Below, one piece after another: positions 16,887 through 27,443 of a DNA stretch of 64,000 nt. Positions within the stretch are counted from its first letter, which is position 1. Every line of letters begins with the position of its first letter. The stretch spans positions 768,001-832,000 of the forward strand of contig CAWFFN010000012.1 of assembly GCA_963815115.1 (NCBI GenBank), read 5' to 3'. A model generated the notes under the pieces. That model had not been told where the DNA came from. It ran no database searches and saw only the letters and a list, made by a program, of their open reading frames with translations. The position numbers and the translations under genes are program-made. The stretch comes from an uncultured delta proteobacterium. GTDB taxonomy: Bacteria > Desulfobacterota > Binatia > DP-6.

Positions 16887-19800
16887 ATGCTTTTTTCCCG
16901 AACGGTGTCCGTTGCGCTCGTCTGCGCCTTCCTCGCGCTGGCCTCTGGTCCCGCCCAGGCCGCGATCTCGTTCGTGCAGGGACTCGGCACCGCTCAGGCG
17001 AACAGTGGCTCGACGCTCTCGATCGAGCTCGGCGCAGCCATCACGGTCCCGGTCGGCGATACGATCATCGTGAGCTTCGCGATGAACCCGCGGGGTGAGC
17101 GTCGGCGACGTGCAGTGCTCGGACTCGGGCGCGAACGTGTGGCACGTCGATGGGGACGTGACGCGCGGCTCGGCAATCGACGGCGTGCGCGCGGTGACGT
17201 GCTCGACCCGCGTCACCACCGCGCTCGCGAACGGGCGACTCGATCACCGTGAGCCATCCTGCGAACGCGGACGAGCGCGCCATGACGGCGACCGAGTTCT
17301 CGGGGCTGCGCGCGAACGCGGTCGACCGCGTGGCCACCGGCCTGGGCGTCGATGACCCCAGCCCGCTGACCGCCATCACGGCCGTCACGACGATCGCCAA
17401 CGAGCTCCTGGTGGGTACGATCGGCGTCGAGGGAACACCCCAAGCCCCCGATACCTTCACGGTGGGTGCGGGCTACCTTCCGCTCGCGCGCGCGGGAACG
17501 CTGGGTGGCGGCGCGGCGGGCAACATCTCGGTCAACGGCGAGTACCGGATCGTGAGCGCCACGGGCCAGTACGTCGCCAACGCGACGCTCGGCGTGGCGC
17601 GAGACTGGGCCGCGATCATCACGACCTACGAATCCGCATGCGGGAACGGCGTGGTCGACCCCGGCGAGCAGTGCGACGACGGCAACGCGGTCGCCGGCGA
17701 CTGCTGCTCGGCTGCGTGCACCTTCGAGCCCGCCATCACGGTCTGCCGGGCCTCGGCGGGCTTCTGCGACGTCGCCGAGACCTGCACCGGCTCGAGCGGC
17801 ACGTGTCCGGCCGATGCGAAGAGCACCGCCGTATGCCGGGCGTCGGGCGGCGACTGCGACGGCGCCGAGTCCTGCGACGGCGTGCACGACGACTGTCCAC
17901 CCGACACCCTGCCGGCGATGGCCGGAACCGTGTGCCGCCCGAGCGCCGGGGCCTGCGACATCGAGGACACCTGCGACGGCGTGCACCCGACCTGTCCGCC
18001 CGACGCCAAGAGCACGGCCGTCTGCCGCGGGGCGGCGGGGCCCTGCGACGTGGCCGAGTCCTGCGACGGCGTCAACAACGCGTGTCCGCCCGACGTCCTG
18101 GCGAGCGCGCAAACCCCCTGCCGCGCCGCCGCCACCTTCTGCGATCAAGTCGAGAACTGCACCGGCTCGAACGCGCTATGTCCGCCGGACGCCAAGAAGG
18201 CCGCGACGATCGTGTGCCGCCAGGCCGCGGGCATCTGCGACGTGGCCGAGTTCTGCGACGGCATCACCGATGATTGCCCGGCGAACGGCTTCAAGGGAGC
18301 GGGGGACGGAGTGCCGCGGCTGCCGGCGGAGTCTGCGACCTTGCAGAGAGCGTGCACCGGCTCGAGCGCCGCCTGTCCCGCCGACGTGAAGAGCACCTCT
18401 CCGTGCCGCCCGGCGGCTGGCGCGTGCGACGCCGCCGAGTCGTGCGACGGCGTCCATGACACCTGCCCGGCCGACGAGTCTCGCCCTCGTGGGTACGACC
18501 TGTCGAGACGCTGCTGGCGATTGTGACGTCGCCGAGACCTGCACCGGGATCGAGCCGAGCCTGTCCGCCCGACGCCTTCGCACCTGCCACGGTCACGTGT
18601 CGGCCTGCGGCCACATTTTGTGACGCCCCCGAGTCCTGCACGGGGTCGAACGCGGCCTGTCCTCCCGACGCGAAGAAGCCGCCGAGTGTCGTCTGCCGGG
18701 GGGCCGTGGGCACGTGCGACGTGGCCGAGTTCTGCGACGGCGCCAACAATGCCTGCCCGCCGAACGTCTTCGTCACGGGCGGGACGGAATGTCGGGCCTC
18801 CGCGGGCGATTGCGATCCCGCCGAGACCTGCACGGGCTCGAGCGGGGCGTGCCCCGCCGACGCCAAGAGCACGGCGGTCTGCCGGCCCGCGGTGGGCGCG
18901 TGTGATTCCGCCGAATCGTGCGACGGCGTCAGCAACGGCTGCCCGCCCGACGTGATGGCGCCCGCCGGCGCCGACTGCCGTGCGTCCGCCGGCACGTGCG
19001 ACGTCGTCGAGAAGTGCGACGGCAACGGCACGGCCTGCCCCCAGGACAAGTTCGTGACGGCAGGGATCGTCTGCCGCCCGGTCGCCGGCACCTGCGACGT
19101 CGCGGAGACGTGCACGGGCAGCAGCCCGCTGTGTCCGGCGAACGGATTCGTCGCGCCCGGCGTCGAGTGCCGTGCCTCGGCGCGGCGTGTGCGACCCGGC
19201 CGAGCAGTGTACCGGCTCGGCAGCCGCGTGTCCGCCCGATGCGAAGAGCACGGCGACGTGCCGCCCGACCGCGGGCGACTGCGATCTTCCCGAATCATGC
19301 AATGGCTCGAGCAACGACTGCCCGACCGATGCGAAGAAGACCGGTGTGTGCCGCCAGGCTGCCGGCACGTGCGACGCCGTGGAGTCCTGCAACGGCACGA
19401 GCAACGACTGCCCCCAGGATCTCTTCCTGCCGGGCGGCACGACCTGCCGTGCCGTCGCTGCCGGTTCGGCGGGCGCGTGTGACATCGCCGAGCAATGCAC
19501 CGGGTCGAGTCCCATCTGCCCGACCGACGACATCAAGGACGCTGGCGTGCCGTGCCGGGCAGCCGCCGGCCAGTGCGACGTGGCCGAGGCGTGCGACGGG
19601 GTGCACCCGGCCTGCCCGGCCGATGCCAAGAGCACCGCACAGTGCCGCGCCTCGGCGGGTGACTGCGATCCCGCGGAGTCGTGCGACGGCACGCACAACC
19701 ACTGCCCCGCCGACGCGAAGAGCGCCGCCGTCTGCCGGCCCGCCGTCGGAGCGTGCGACGTCGCCGAGTCGTGCAACAACAGGGACAACGACTGTCCCGC

Positions 19801-21070
19801 CGACAAGATCGCGACCGCCGGGACCACCTGCCGCGCCGTCGCCGGCGACTGCGACGTCGCCGAGACCTGTGACGGCGCGAGCTTCGCGTGCCCGGTGGAC
19901 AAGTTCGTCCTCGGAGGCACCCCGTGCCGCGCCGCGGGCGGGACCTGTGACATCGCCGAGCAATGCACGGGCTCGAGCGCGGCCTGCCCGGTCGACGTGA
20001 AGAGCACGGCGATCTGTCGTCCTTCCACGGGTCCCTGCGACGCCGCGGAGTCCTGCGATGGCGTGGGCAACGGCTGTCCGCCGGATGTCCTGGCGGTGAA
20101 CGGCACGCCGTGCCGTCCGGCCGCGGGCGTCTGCGACGCCGTCGAGACGTGCGACGGGACCAGCGTCACGTGTCCTGCCGACCAGAAGCGGACGGGCGAC
20201 TGCCGGCCGCCGGCGGGGCCGTGCGACGTTGCCGAGCGCTGCGATGGCATCAGCGACACCTGCCCCGCCGACCGCGTCGTGGCCGCGGGCTCCACCTGTC
20301 GCGCGGTGGCCGGCGCATGCGACGTCGTCGAGACGTGTGACGGCACCAACGTCACGTGTCCCGCCGACAGCTTCGTCTCGGCTGGAACCACGTGTCGGCC
20401 GGCGGCCAGCTCGTGCGACGTCGTCGAGACCTGCACCGGTACGAGTGCCACCTGTCCGCCCGACACCAATGGTCCCGACGCCGATCGCGACGGGGTCTGC
20501 GATCCTCAGGACGATTGCCCCGGCACCGCCGACCCCGCCCAGGGCGACGCCGACGGAGATGGCATCGGTGACGCCTGCGACCCGTGCACCAGGTCCGACG
20601 CGGGCGCCATGACGGCCCGCGCGCTCAGGGTGAAGGGGCTCAGGAGCGGTAAGGGAGAGCAGACCCTGACGTTCCATGGCACGATGACGGTGCCGACGAA
20701 CCCCGAGATCGACCCGGTGGCGAGGGGGGTCCGCGTCCTCATCACGACGGCGGCCGGCGATGTGGTGGTGGACGTGACCATTCCGGGTGGTGGCGGTTGG
20801 AAGACCAACCGCGCCCGGACGACGTGGAGCTACCACGGTGGCGCGGGAGGCCGCATCAGGGAAGTCACGATGCGCCGGAGCCGCTCTGCACCGGGCACGA
20901 TCCGCTTCAGCGTGAGCGGAAAGGGGGCGAACCTCGCGCCGCCCGACGGCACGCCGATCACGGCGACGATCGTGCTGGACGCGCCGTTCGCCACGACGGG
21001 CCAGTGCGGCGAGGCCGACTTCGGATCGTGCAAGAAGTCGAAGTCGGGGAAGGCGCTCGTCTGTAGCTGA
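16887..21070 (+). CDS. Large exported protein (~1,390 aa) with DUF4215 motif, ~29 disintegrin-like repeats, TSP3 motif and C-terminal beta domain; frameshifted in this assembly
   Basis: Signal peptide at 16887. The protein continues across ORFs 17095, 17249, 18523 and 19172. Motifs CGNGVVDPGEQCDDGN and DADRDGVCDPQDDCP..DADGDGIGDACD. Confidence 0.8.
17744..20464 (+). repeat. ~29 tandem coding repeats of 30-36 aa, consensus CR-x5-CD-x2-E-x-C-x-G-x4-CP-x-D
   Basis: Counted by hand after restoring the reading frame. Confidence 0.9.
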
Positions 21071-21119
21071 CGCGCACTGCCTGATGGTCTCGGCTTCCGG
21101 GCGCCGGTAGGCTGCAGCC

Positions 21120-21956
21120 GTGCGGCTCGCCACCTGGAACGTCAACTCCGCGCGCGCGCGGCAGGCGCGCCTCCTCGAATGGCTCGACCAGCGCCGGCCG
21201 GACGTCGCGTGTCTCCAGGAGACCAAGATGAGCGACGCCGAGTTCGCCAAGGTCTTCGGCGACGAGCTCACCCGCCGGGGCTACGTCGCGGCCCACCACG
21301 GCGACGGCCGCTGGAATGGCGTGGCCATCGTGTCGCGTTCCGGGCTGGAGGACGTCCGTCGGGGCCTGCTCGACCAGCCCGGATTCCCCGATCCCGAGGC
21401 GCGGGCGCTGGCGGCGACGTGTGCCGGGGTGCGGGTCTGGTCGGTCTATGTTCCGAACGGGCGGACGCCCGACGATCCACACTTCGCCTACAAGCTGGCG
21501 TGGCTGGCCGCGCTGCCACGGACGCTGGCCGCGGAGACCGCCGCCAGCACGGTGGTGTGCGGCGATTTCAACGTCGCCCCCAGCGATGCGGACGTCTGGG
21601 ATCCTGCCGCGTTCGCGGGCTGCACGCACGTGACCCCGATGGAGCGGGGCGCGGTGGCGGATCTGGTGACCGGCGGCCTGGTCGATCTGGTCCGGCGGCG
21701 CTGGCCGGATCAGCGCGTGTTCACCTACTGGGACTATCGCGCCGGCATGTTCCATCAGGACCTCGGCATGCGTATCGATCTGGTGCTGGCGAGTTCGGAC
21801 GTCGCCGCGCGCGCGAAGGCCGTCTGGATCGATCGCCAGGCTCGCAAGGGCACTGCGCCGAGCGATCACGCGCCGATCATCGTCGATCTCGATGACGCGC
21901 CCGACGGTGACATCGGACCGCTGGTGCCGCCGCCGTCCGCGGCTCGTCGTCGCTGA
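21120..21956 (+). CDS. xth: Exodeoxyribonuclease III
   Basis: ATWNVNS, DVACLQETK, WNGVAI, SVYVPNG, GDFNVAP, FTYWDYR, GMRIDL, SDHAPI. Confidence 0.95.
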   Translation: MRLATWNVNSARARQARLLEWLDQRRPDVACLQETKMSDAEFAKVFGDELTRRGYVAAHHGDGRWNGVAIVSRSGLEDVRRGLLDQPGFPDPEARALAATCAGVRVWSVYVPNGRTPDDPHFAYKLAWLAALPRTLAAETAASTVVCGDFNVAPSDADVWDPAAFAGCTHVTPMERGAVADLVTGGLVDLVRRRWPDQRVFTYWDYRAGMFHQDLGMRIDLVLASSDVAARAKAVWIDRQARKGTAPSDHAPIIVDLDDAPDGDIGPLVPPPSAARRR

Positions 21957-21987
21957 AGGATCTTCGAGCGAGTGCGTTGCTACGCGC

Positions 21988-23268
21988 TCAGTGGGGCCCG
22001 TCGTGGCCGCGATCGAAGCAGTCCCGCCGGAAGCGTCCGAACTGCTGGGGCGCAAACCCGGGAAGGTCCGATCGATCGATCGCGAACACGAAGAATCGAT
22101 TCGGCTGGGTGGGCACGAAGTCGTTGTCGTTGGTGACGACGAGCAGGTGGCGGCCATCCTGCAGGTCGGGGCCGAAGGCGAGGCCCTCGATCTTCTCGGG
22201 GAACGACGCCCCCGCCAGCCCGAAGGCAGGATCGAGCAGGTCGAGGAAAGGCGCCTTCGCGACCGGAGTCACGCCGTCCGGCGTCCCCGTCTGGGGCAGC
22301 GTGGCGACGGCGCGGATGTCGCTCGCCCCCGAGATGTCGATGCGGAAGATCTTCTTGAACGCCGCCGAGGTCCCGGCATTGCCGTCGCGCTCGATGACGA
22401 GGAACTCGTGGTCGTTCACCGCCAGGATCTCGTTGACGCCGTTGCTCTTGCTGTCGAGCTGATACAGGAACTCCCGGATGGCGCCGCTGTCCAGGTCGAT
22501 CTCGACGAGGCGGTTGTTGGTGCCGACGCGCTTGAGCGACGCGTCCAGCGCGCCGTCCTGGATCAACGCGCTCTGCATCAGGCCGTACAGCTTCCCGCCA
22601 TCGGGTGAGATCGCCAGTCCTTCCATGCCGCGGTTCGACTGACGCCCGCTGATGTTGGCCGCCAGCTCGACGTTGCCGTCGGCCGACGGGAGGTCGATCA
22701 GGAGCTTGTTCGGGAGCTTGAGCGAGCGCAGGCGCGTGCCCCGATCGAGGTCGAACTCGTGGACGAAGGGGCCGTACTCGTCCGAGACGAAGGCGGTCTG
22801 GCCGCAGCGGTCGACGCGGATGCCTTCCGGATCGAAGCGCAGGCTGTCGGGCGAGTTGGTGGCGTCGAACGCGCCGGCCGAGCCGGTGAGGAAATCGTGG
22901 CCGTCGTGCATGAGCCGCGTCGCGAGCAGCGCGGGCGTGATGGCGAATCCGTTCCGGCCCTTCGTGACCGCGAGGCGGATCGTGTAGATGCGATCGACGT
23001 ACGAGGTGGTCCCGTCCGCCGGCCCGCGATCCGGCGTCGCGACGTACAGGCTGTCGATGCCGGTGTAGGTGATCGCGGAGCCCAGGCCGCCCACCCGGTT
23101 GCCCGGGGTCACGCCGTCTTCGAGGACCTTCGTGAGACCGGACTGGTCGGTGGCGGTGCCGGGGATGTCCCCCTCGCCGATGAAGGTGACGGTTGCGGAT
23201 GCGCTCGCCGCCGAGAGCAGCAGGGCGAGAGCGAGGGTGGGACGCTGCGAGGACGATCGTGTCATCAT
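21988..23268 (-). CDS. Exported esterase-like activity of phytase (phytase-like) family protein
   Basis: Signal peptide; PDRGP, DPEGI, VSDEYGP, NRGMEGLAISPDG, LVIERDG, EKIEGLAFGP, NDNDF. Confidence 0.92.
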   Translation of the reverse strand: MMTRSSSQRPTLALALLLSAASASATVTFIGEGDIPGTATDQSGLTKVLEDGVTPGNRVGGLGSAITYTGIDSLYVATPDRGPADGTTSYVDRIYTIRLAVTKGRNGFAITPALLATRLMHDGHDFLTGSAGAFDATNSPDSLRFDPEGIRVDRCGQTAFVSDEYGPFVHEFDLDRGTRLRSLKLPNKLLIDLPSADGNVELAANISGRQSNRGMEGLAISPDGGKLYGLMQSALIQDGALDASLKRVGTNNRLVEIDLDSGAIREFLYQLDSKSNGVNEILAVNDHEFLVIERDGNAGTSAAFKKIFRIDISGASDIRAVATLPQTGTPDGVTPVAKAPFLDLLDPAFGLAGASFPEKIEGLAFGPDLQDGRHLLVVTNDNDFVPTQPNRFFVFAIDRSDLPGFAPQQFGRFRRDCFDRGHDGPH

Positions 23269-23382
23269 GCTTCCTCCGTCGGGGATCGGGATGTGGCCGA
23301 TACGAAGGAAGCACTGTAGGCCGCGGACCTTTACGGGTCGGTTGCCGCAGGGTGACAGTTGTCCGTTGACAATCGAGCTGGA

Positions 23383-23586
23383 CTAGCGCGCGTTGCGACC
23401 CATGCGCACGTAGTTCGCGATCGCGAGCACGACGATCGCGATCGCGGCGACGCCGAACCAGGGAGTCAGGGGCGCGCCGGTATCGCCGACGTAGCTGTAG
23501 ATCCAGTATCCCGCGAACGCCAGCGCGAGCACCAGCAATGCGGCCGTCACCAGGGTGCCGTACTCCGGAGGCTCTTCGCTGGCCAT
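23383..23586 (-). CDS. Small 2-TM membrane protein (67 aa)
   Basis: AAGGAG RBS; MASEEPPEYG followed by two TM helices. Confidence 0.7.
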   Translation of the reverse strand: MASEEPPEYGTLVTAALLVLALAFAGYWIYSYVGDTGAPLTPWFGVAAIAIVVLAIANYVRMGRNAR

Positions 23587-23660
23587 GCTGGCTCCTTCTC
23601 GCACCCTTCTCGAACCCCGGGCCGATGCGGTCAACAGGGGGTCCGGTGCGACGGCCGCTC

Positions 23661-26630
23661 CTACGCGAGCGTCGCGGCGTCCGCGGCACCGGCGTCCAGG
23701 AGTGTGGCGGCTTCGCGCAGGTCCGGCGCGTCGTGGCCCTCCCTGAACCAGCCGTACACGGCGGCGAGCCCGTCCCGAGCCTCCGCGTCCCGTTCCCGAC
23801 CTCGCAGCAGGCGACTCAGGCTGACCGCGGCCCGAAGCTCGAGCGATCTGGCCTGCTGGCGGCGTGCAATGTCGACCGCGCTCCGGAAACACCGCTCCGC
23901 GTCGGGGTGGTCCGGCGGCGGGTCGCCAGTACCGTCGCGCCGCAGGAGCAGGTCGCCCTTCAGCCGGAGCAGCTCCGCCTCGAAGTAGCGCTCCCCGTGG
24001 CGCTCCAGCGCGTCGAACGCCTGCAGCAGCTCGTGGTGCGCGTCGTCCAGCCGGCCGATGCGGGTGTAGCCCTGCACCGCAAGGGCGCGATAGGCGGCCT
24101 CGTGGGTGCCGGCACCCATGCCGCAGTAGCTGCGGATGCCGCGCTGCAAGAGCTCGACGGCCTCGGAGCCCGGTGCGAGCTCGGCCAGCGCCCAACCCCG
24201 TTGCACCGAAGCGATGGCGGTCCAGTACGCGAGGCCGTATTCCCCTGCCAGCGCGAGCACGCCGCGCGCCAGCTCGTCGACGCGGCGGTGATCCTGTCGC
24301 AGCACGTGGACCCAGGCCGCGTGCGTCAACGCGAGGGCCAGCGTCGGCGGATGGGACAGGCTCTGCGCCCAGCCGAGCGCCGCCTCGGCGCACGACCGCG
24401 CTTGCTCGGGATGGCCGGCGAGCCACAGGACGCGGGCGAGGTGACCGAGGCAGCACACCTTGGGGTCGTGGCCGCTGAAGCGATGCGCATCGGGCGGCGG
24501 CTCACGATCGTAGAGCGCGATGCATTGCTCGAGATGTGCTCTCGCGGCCGCCAGATCCGTCGCCCGCAGGCGGTTGCATCCCATCGCATGGTGGCCCTCG
24601 ATCAGGAGGGCGCCATCGCCGGACTCCTCGCCGAGACGGAGCAACTGCCGCGCCAACGGGCTACCTGTCTCCAGGTCTCCCCGGATGCTGTAGAAAGCCT
24701 CGAGGCCCCCGATCACCACGAAGCGCTCCGGGCAGTCGCCGATGCGCTCGGACAGCGCGAGGGCACGCGCATAGACGGCGCCGACCTCTGGCGCCGCGAA
24801 GCCCTGCACCTGAGACAGCGCCCCGCCCAGGGCGATCTGCACCTGGAGCTCGTCGAGCGTCCGCGTCCCGGCGTCGGGTGAGCCCGGGAGCTCCCGGAGC
24901 GCGGCACGGAGATGGGCCGCGGCTTCGGTGAATGCGTTGCGCAGGACGGCCTGCTCGCCGGCATGGCGGTGATGGCGGAAGGCGCGGGCGTGATCCCCGG
25001 AACGCGCGAAGTGGCCCGCCAGGGTGACGGCGATCTCCGGCGTGCGGCGCCCGTAGGCTGCCTCGAGTCGCTCGCCGATCCGCTGGTGCAGCCGTCTCCG
25101 GACGCTCTCGGGAACGAGACCCAGCAGCACCTCGAGATGCAGAGCGTGCGTGAAGGCATACTTCCCGCTCGCCGTCCCGTCCGGCCACTCGCCGATCCCG
25201 AGGCGGCGCAGGAACTGTCCCCGCCGTGCCAGCGCGGCGCACGATGCGTCCACCGCCTCGACGTCCTCCTCGAGCGCAACCGCCACCTCTCCCGCGCTGA
25301 ACTCCATCCCCGCGACGCCGGCCGCCTCGAGGATCCGCTGGTGCTGCCTCCCCACCCGCCCGATCTGCTTCTCGATGGCTCCGCTCAGGCTTCTCGGCAT
25401 CTCACGGAGCAGGGTCTCGAGATCGGGCGTCGTCGCGCCTCCGCCGCCGTTCGTCTCCTCGCTCGCGGCCCTCAGGCTCGAGGTGACGTGCGCCACGAAG
25501 AGGGGGTTGCCACCCGTCCGCCGATGCAGGGCGTGTGCGAAGCCCTCCGGAAGTGGGCGGTCTCCCAGGCGCGCCCGCAGGTACTCCTCGGTCGCGGCCT
25601 CGGTGAGCGGCGGCAGCGGCACCTCGGCGCAGGACTCGCCGTGCTCCAGGAGACGACGGATCGCGTCCAGCGAGTGGTCGTCGATGCCGGCCTCGACTGA
25701 TCGATAGGTCCCGACCACCAGCAGGCGCGCGGGGCCGCGTTGATGAGCCAGCGCCACGAGCATGTCGAGCGTCGAGGGATCGCTCCAGTGCAGATCCTCC
25801 AGCACGACGACGATCGGCGTCCGGGTGGTGAGTGCTTCGATGCCGACGACCATCTCGCGCAGCATCCGTAGCCGCGTCACTCCGGCATGCTGCCGCTTGA
25901 GCGCCTCCCGATCGGAGGCAGAGATGAGCCCCGAGAGCTGCAGCAGCCAGGATGGCGCGTGCTCGCGCAGAAGGGATACGAGTTGATCCCCCGTCGGCCC
26001 GCGGCAGAGACGATCCAGCGCCTCCAGCACCGGCATGAAGGCTTCACCGGGCCCGTTCTGCTCGACGCACTGCCCGCGGGCGATTCCCAACACGCCCCGG
26101 GTCGCGGCACGTTCCAGGAACGCCTCGACGAGCGTGGTCTTCCCGATTCCCGGACCGCCGGTCACGAAGACGATCTGACGCTGGCCAGCCAGGGCACGCT
26201 GGAGGTGGCCGTCGAGGCGCTCGAGCTCCGGGTCGCGACCCACGATCGGGCAGCGCGGTCGCCTGCCCCCGCCGACGGGTCCCTCTCCGGCACCAACCGC
26301 CGCGATGAACCGGTACCCGCGACCATGAACGGTCTCGATGAAGCGGGGCACTCTCGCGCTGTCGCCCAGGGCCTTGCGGAGCTCGCTCATGCAGACCGCG
26401 AGGACGACCTCGCTCACCGAGACCTCAGACCACACGGCACCCAGCAGCTCGTCCTTGGTCACGAGTCGGTTCGGGCGCAACGCCAGGAAGTGCAGCAGAG
26501 CAAGCGCCCGATGGCGAAGGGGAACCACCTCGTCCCCGCGCACCAGGCGCCCCTCGGCCATGTCGAGCACGTAGGAGGCGAAGCGAATCGGCGGGGCTGG
26601 CAGCTTGGGATGCTCGGGCGGCCTGGTCAT
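23661..26630 (-). CDS. Winged-helix (OmpR/CadC-type) - AAA_16 STAND NTPase - TPR regulator
   Basis: LVTKDELL..VW, LRKALGD..PRFIETVHGRGYRFI; Walker A GGPGIGKT; Walker B VVVLEDLHW; GGNPLF; C-terminal SLELRAA..L. Confidence 0.92.
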   Translation of the reverse strand: MTRPPEHPKLPAPPIRFASYVLDMAEGRLVRGDEVVPLRHRALALLHFLALRPNRLVTKDELLGAVWSEVSVSEVVLAVCMSELRKALGDSARVPRFIETVHGRGYRFIAAVGAGEGPVGGGRRPRCPIVGRDPELERLDGHLQRALAGQRQIVFVTGGPGIGKTTLVEAFLERAATRGVLGIARGQCVEQNGPGEAFMPVLEALDRLCRGPTGDQLVSLLREHAPSWLLQLSGLISASDREALKRQHAGVTRLRMLREMVVGIEALTTRTPIVVVLEDLHWSDPSTLDMLVALAHQRGPARLLVVGTYRSVEAGIDDHSLDAIRRLLEHGESCAEVPLPPLTEAATEEYLRARLGDRPLPEGFAHALHRRTGGNPLFVAHVTSSLRAASEETNGGGGATTPDLETLLREMPRSLSGAIEKQIGRVGRQHQRILEAAGVAGMEFSAGEVAVALEEDVEAVDASCAALARRGQFLRRLGIGEWPDGTASGKYAFTHALHLEVLLGLVPESVRRRLHQRIGERLEAAYGRRTPEIAVTLAGHFARSGDHARAFRHHRHAGEQAVLRNAFTEAAAHLRAALRELPGSPDAGTRTLDELQVQIALGGALSQVQGFAAPEVGAVYARALALSERIGDCPERFVVIGGLEAFYSIRGDLETGSPLARQLLRLGEESGDGALLIEGHHAMGCNRLRATDLAAARAHLEQCIALYDREPPPDAHRFSGHDPKVCCLGHLARVLWLAGHPEQARSCAEAALGWAQSLSHPPTLALALTHAAWVHVLRQDHRRVDELARGVLALAGEYGLAYWTAIASVQRGWALAELAPGSEAVELLQRGIRSYCGMGAGTHEAAYRALAVQGYTRIGRLDDAHHELLQAFDALERHGERYFEAELLRLKGDLLLRRDGTGDPPPDHPDAERCFRSAVDIARRQQARSLELRAAVSLSRLLRGRERDAEARDGLAAVYGWFREGHDAPDLREAATLLDAGAADAATLA

Positions 26631-26817
26631 TCGGGTCGACTTCACGAATCTTCCCCTGGGCTGTCCCGAGGCCCAGCCACGGGGGCGGGTCTCTACGCCA
26701 AACGTGGCCGTCCGCACAAGTGCCACGATGCCGCGTCCAGATGGAGACCGAAGAATAATTGAAGGACTTGGGCCGTCCGCGCGGGATACGATCGCGGTCA
26801 GAAAGTCGCCCCTGCAT

Positions 26818-27393
26818 ATGACGAAAAAGAGCCCTTCATACGACGTCGAGACTGGGCGGGCTCCAGGCGGCGAACCCCCGGCGACTCCCCCGCGGAGCGA
26901 CGGTGGACGACCCGCTGGGACCGGGCCGAAGGTCGTCCTGCTACGCGGCCGGGGGGCACTCGGGCCGGTCGAACAGCCCCCGGGGACCTCGGATCTGCGG
27001 CTCGATCTGCAAGGCCCGATCGACAGCCTGCGCTCCATCCGGGGCGACCTGGAGCTCTACTACTGGGAGCGCCCCGGCCACGGCGAGCAGCAGGAGCGCG
27101 AGCGGTACCAGGTGAGCCTCTGGATCCGGCAGGTCAGCGAGCGAACGGCGGCGCTGGAGGGCATCCTGCTCCACATGGGTACACCGTCGGTCGTCTTGAG
27201 CGCCGTCGGCACGGCCGAGGGCGAGGCGCTTCGGAGCGAGGCCCGTCTCCTCCGCTGCTGGATCCGGGAGGAGGAGCCGTTCGAGCAGGTCCTCCACACC
27301 GTGGCCGGCGTTCTGCATGCCGCCGACGTCATCTGCCTCGGCGCGGCCGGCGGGAGAGCCGAGGCCAGAGCAGGCCGACCCCGGCTCCCGTAG
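26818..27393 (+). CDS. Hypothetical protein (start uncertain)
   Basis: Globular helical core (LELYYWE...ERYQVSLWIRQVSER); divergent from the STAND regulator. Confidence 0.6.
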   Translation: MTKKSPSYDVETGRAPGGEPPATPPRSDGGRPAGTGPKVVLLRGRGALGPVEQPPGTSDLRLDLQGPIDSLRSIRGDLELYYWERPGHGEQQERERYQVSLWIRQVSERTAALEGILLHMGTPSVVLSAVGTAEGEALRSEARLLRCWIREEEPFEQVLHTVAGVLHAADVICLGAAGGRAEARAGRPRLP

Positions 27394-27443
27394 CACGCGT
27401 CCAGTCACGTCGACGGCAGGCTCGACGTCGACGCCGGCCCGCG

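Noticed and set aside
17744-20464. Regular ~90-100-bp periodicity as a possible CRISPR or non-coding array
   Set aside because: The repeats are conserved at amino-acid level with synonymous variation. There are no identical DNA repeats with unique spacers and no cas genes.
23325-23372. PHO box upstream of the phytase-like gene
   Set aside because: Only one good CTGTCAC unit. The neighbouring 11-bp units (CGGCAAC, CGTAAAG) are too degenerate to support a call.
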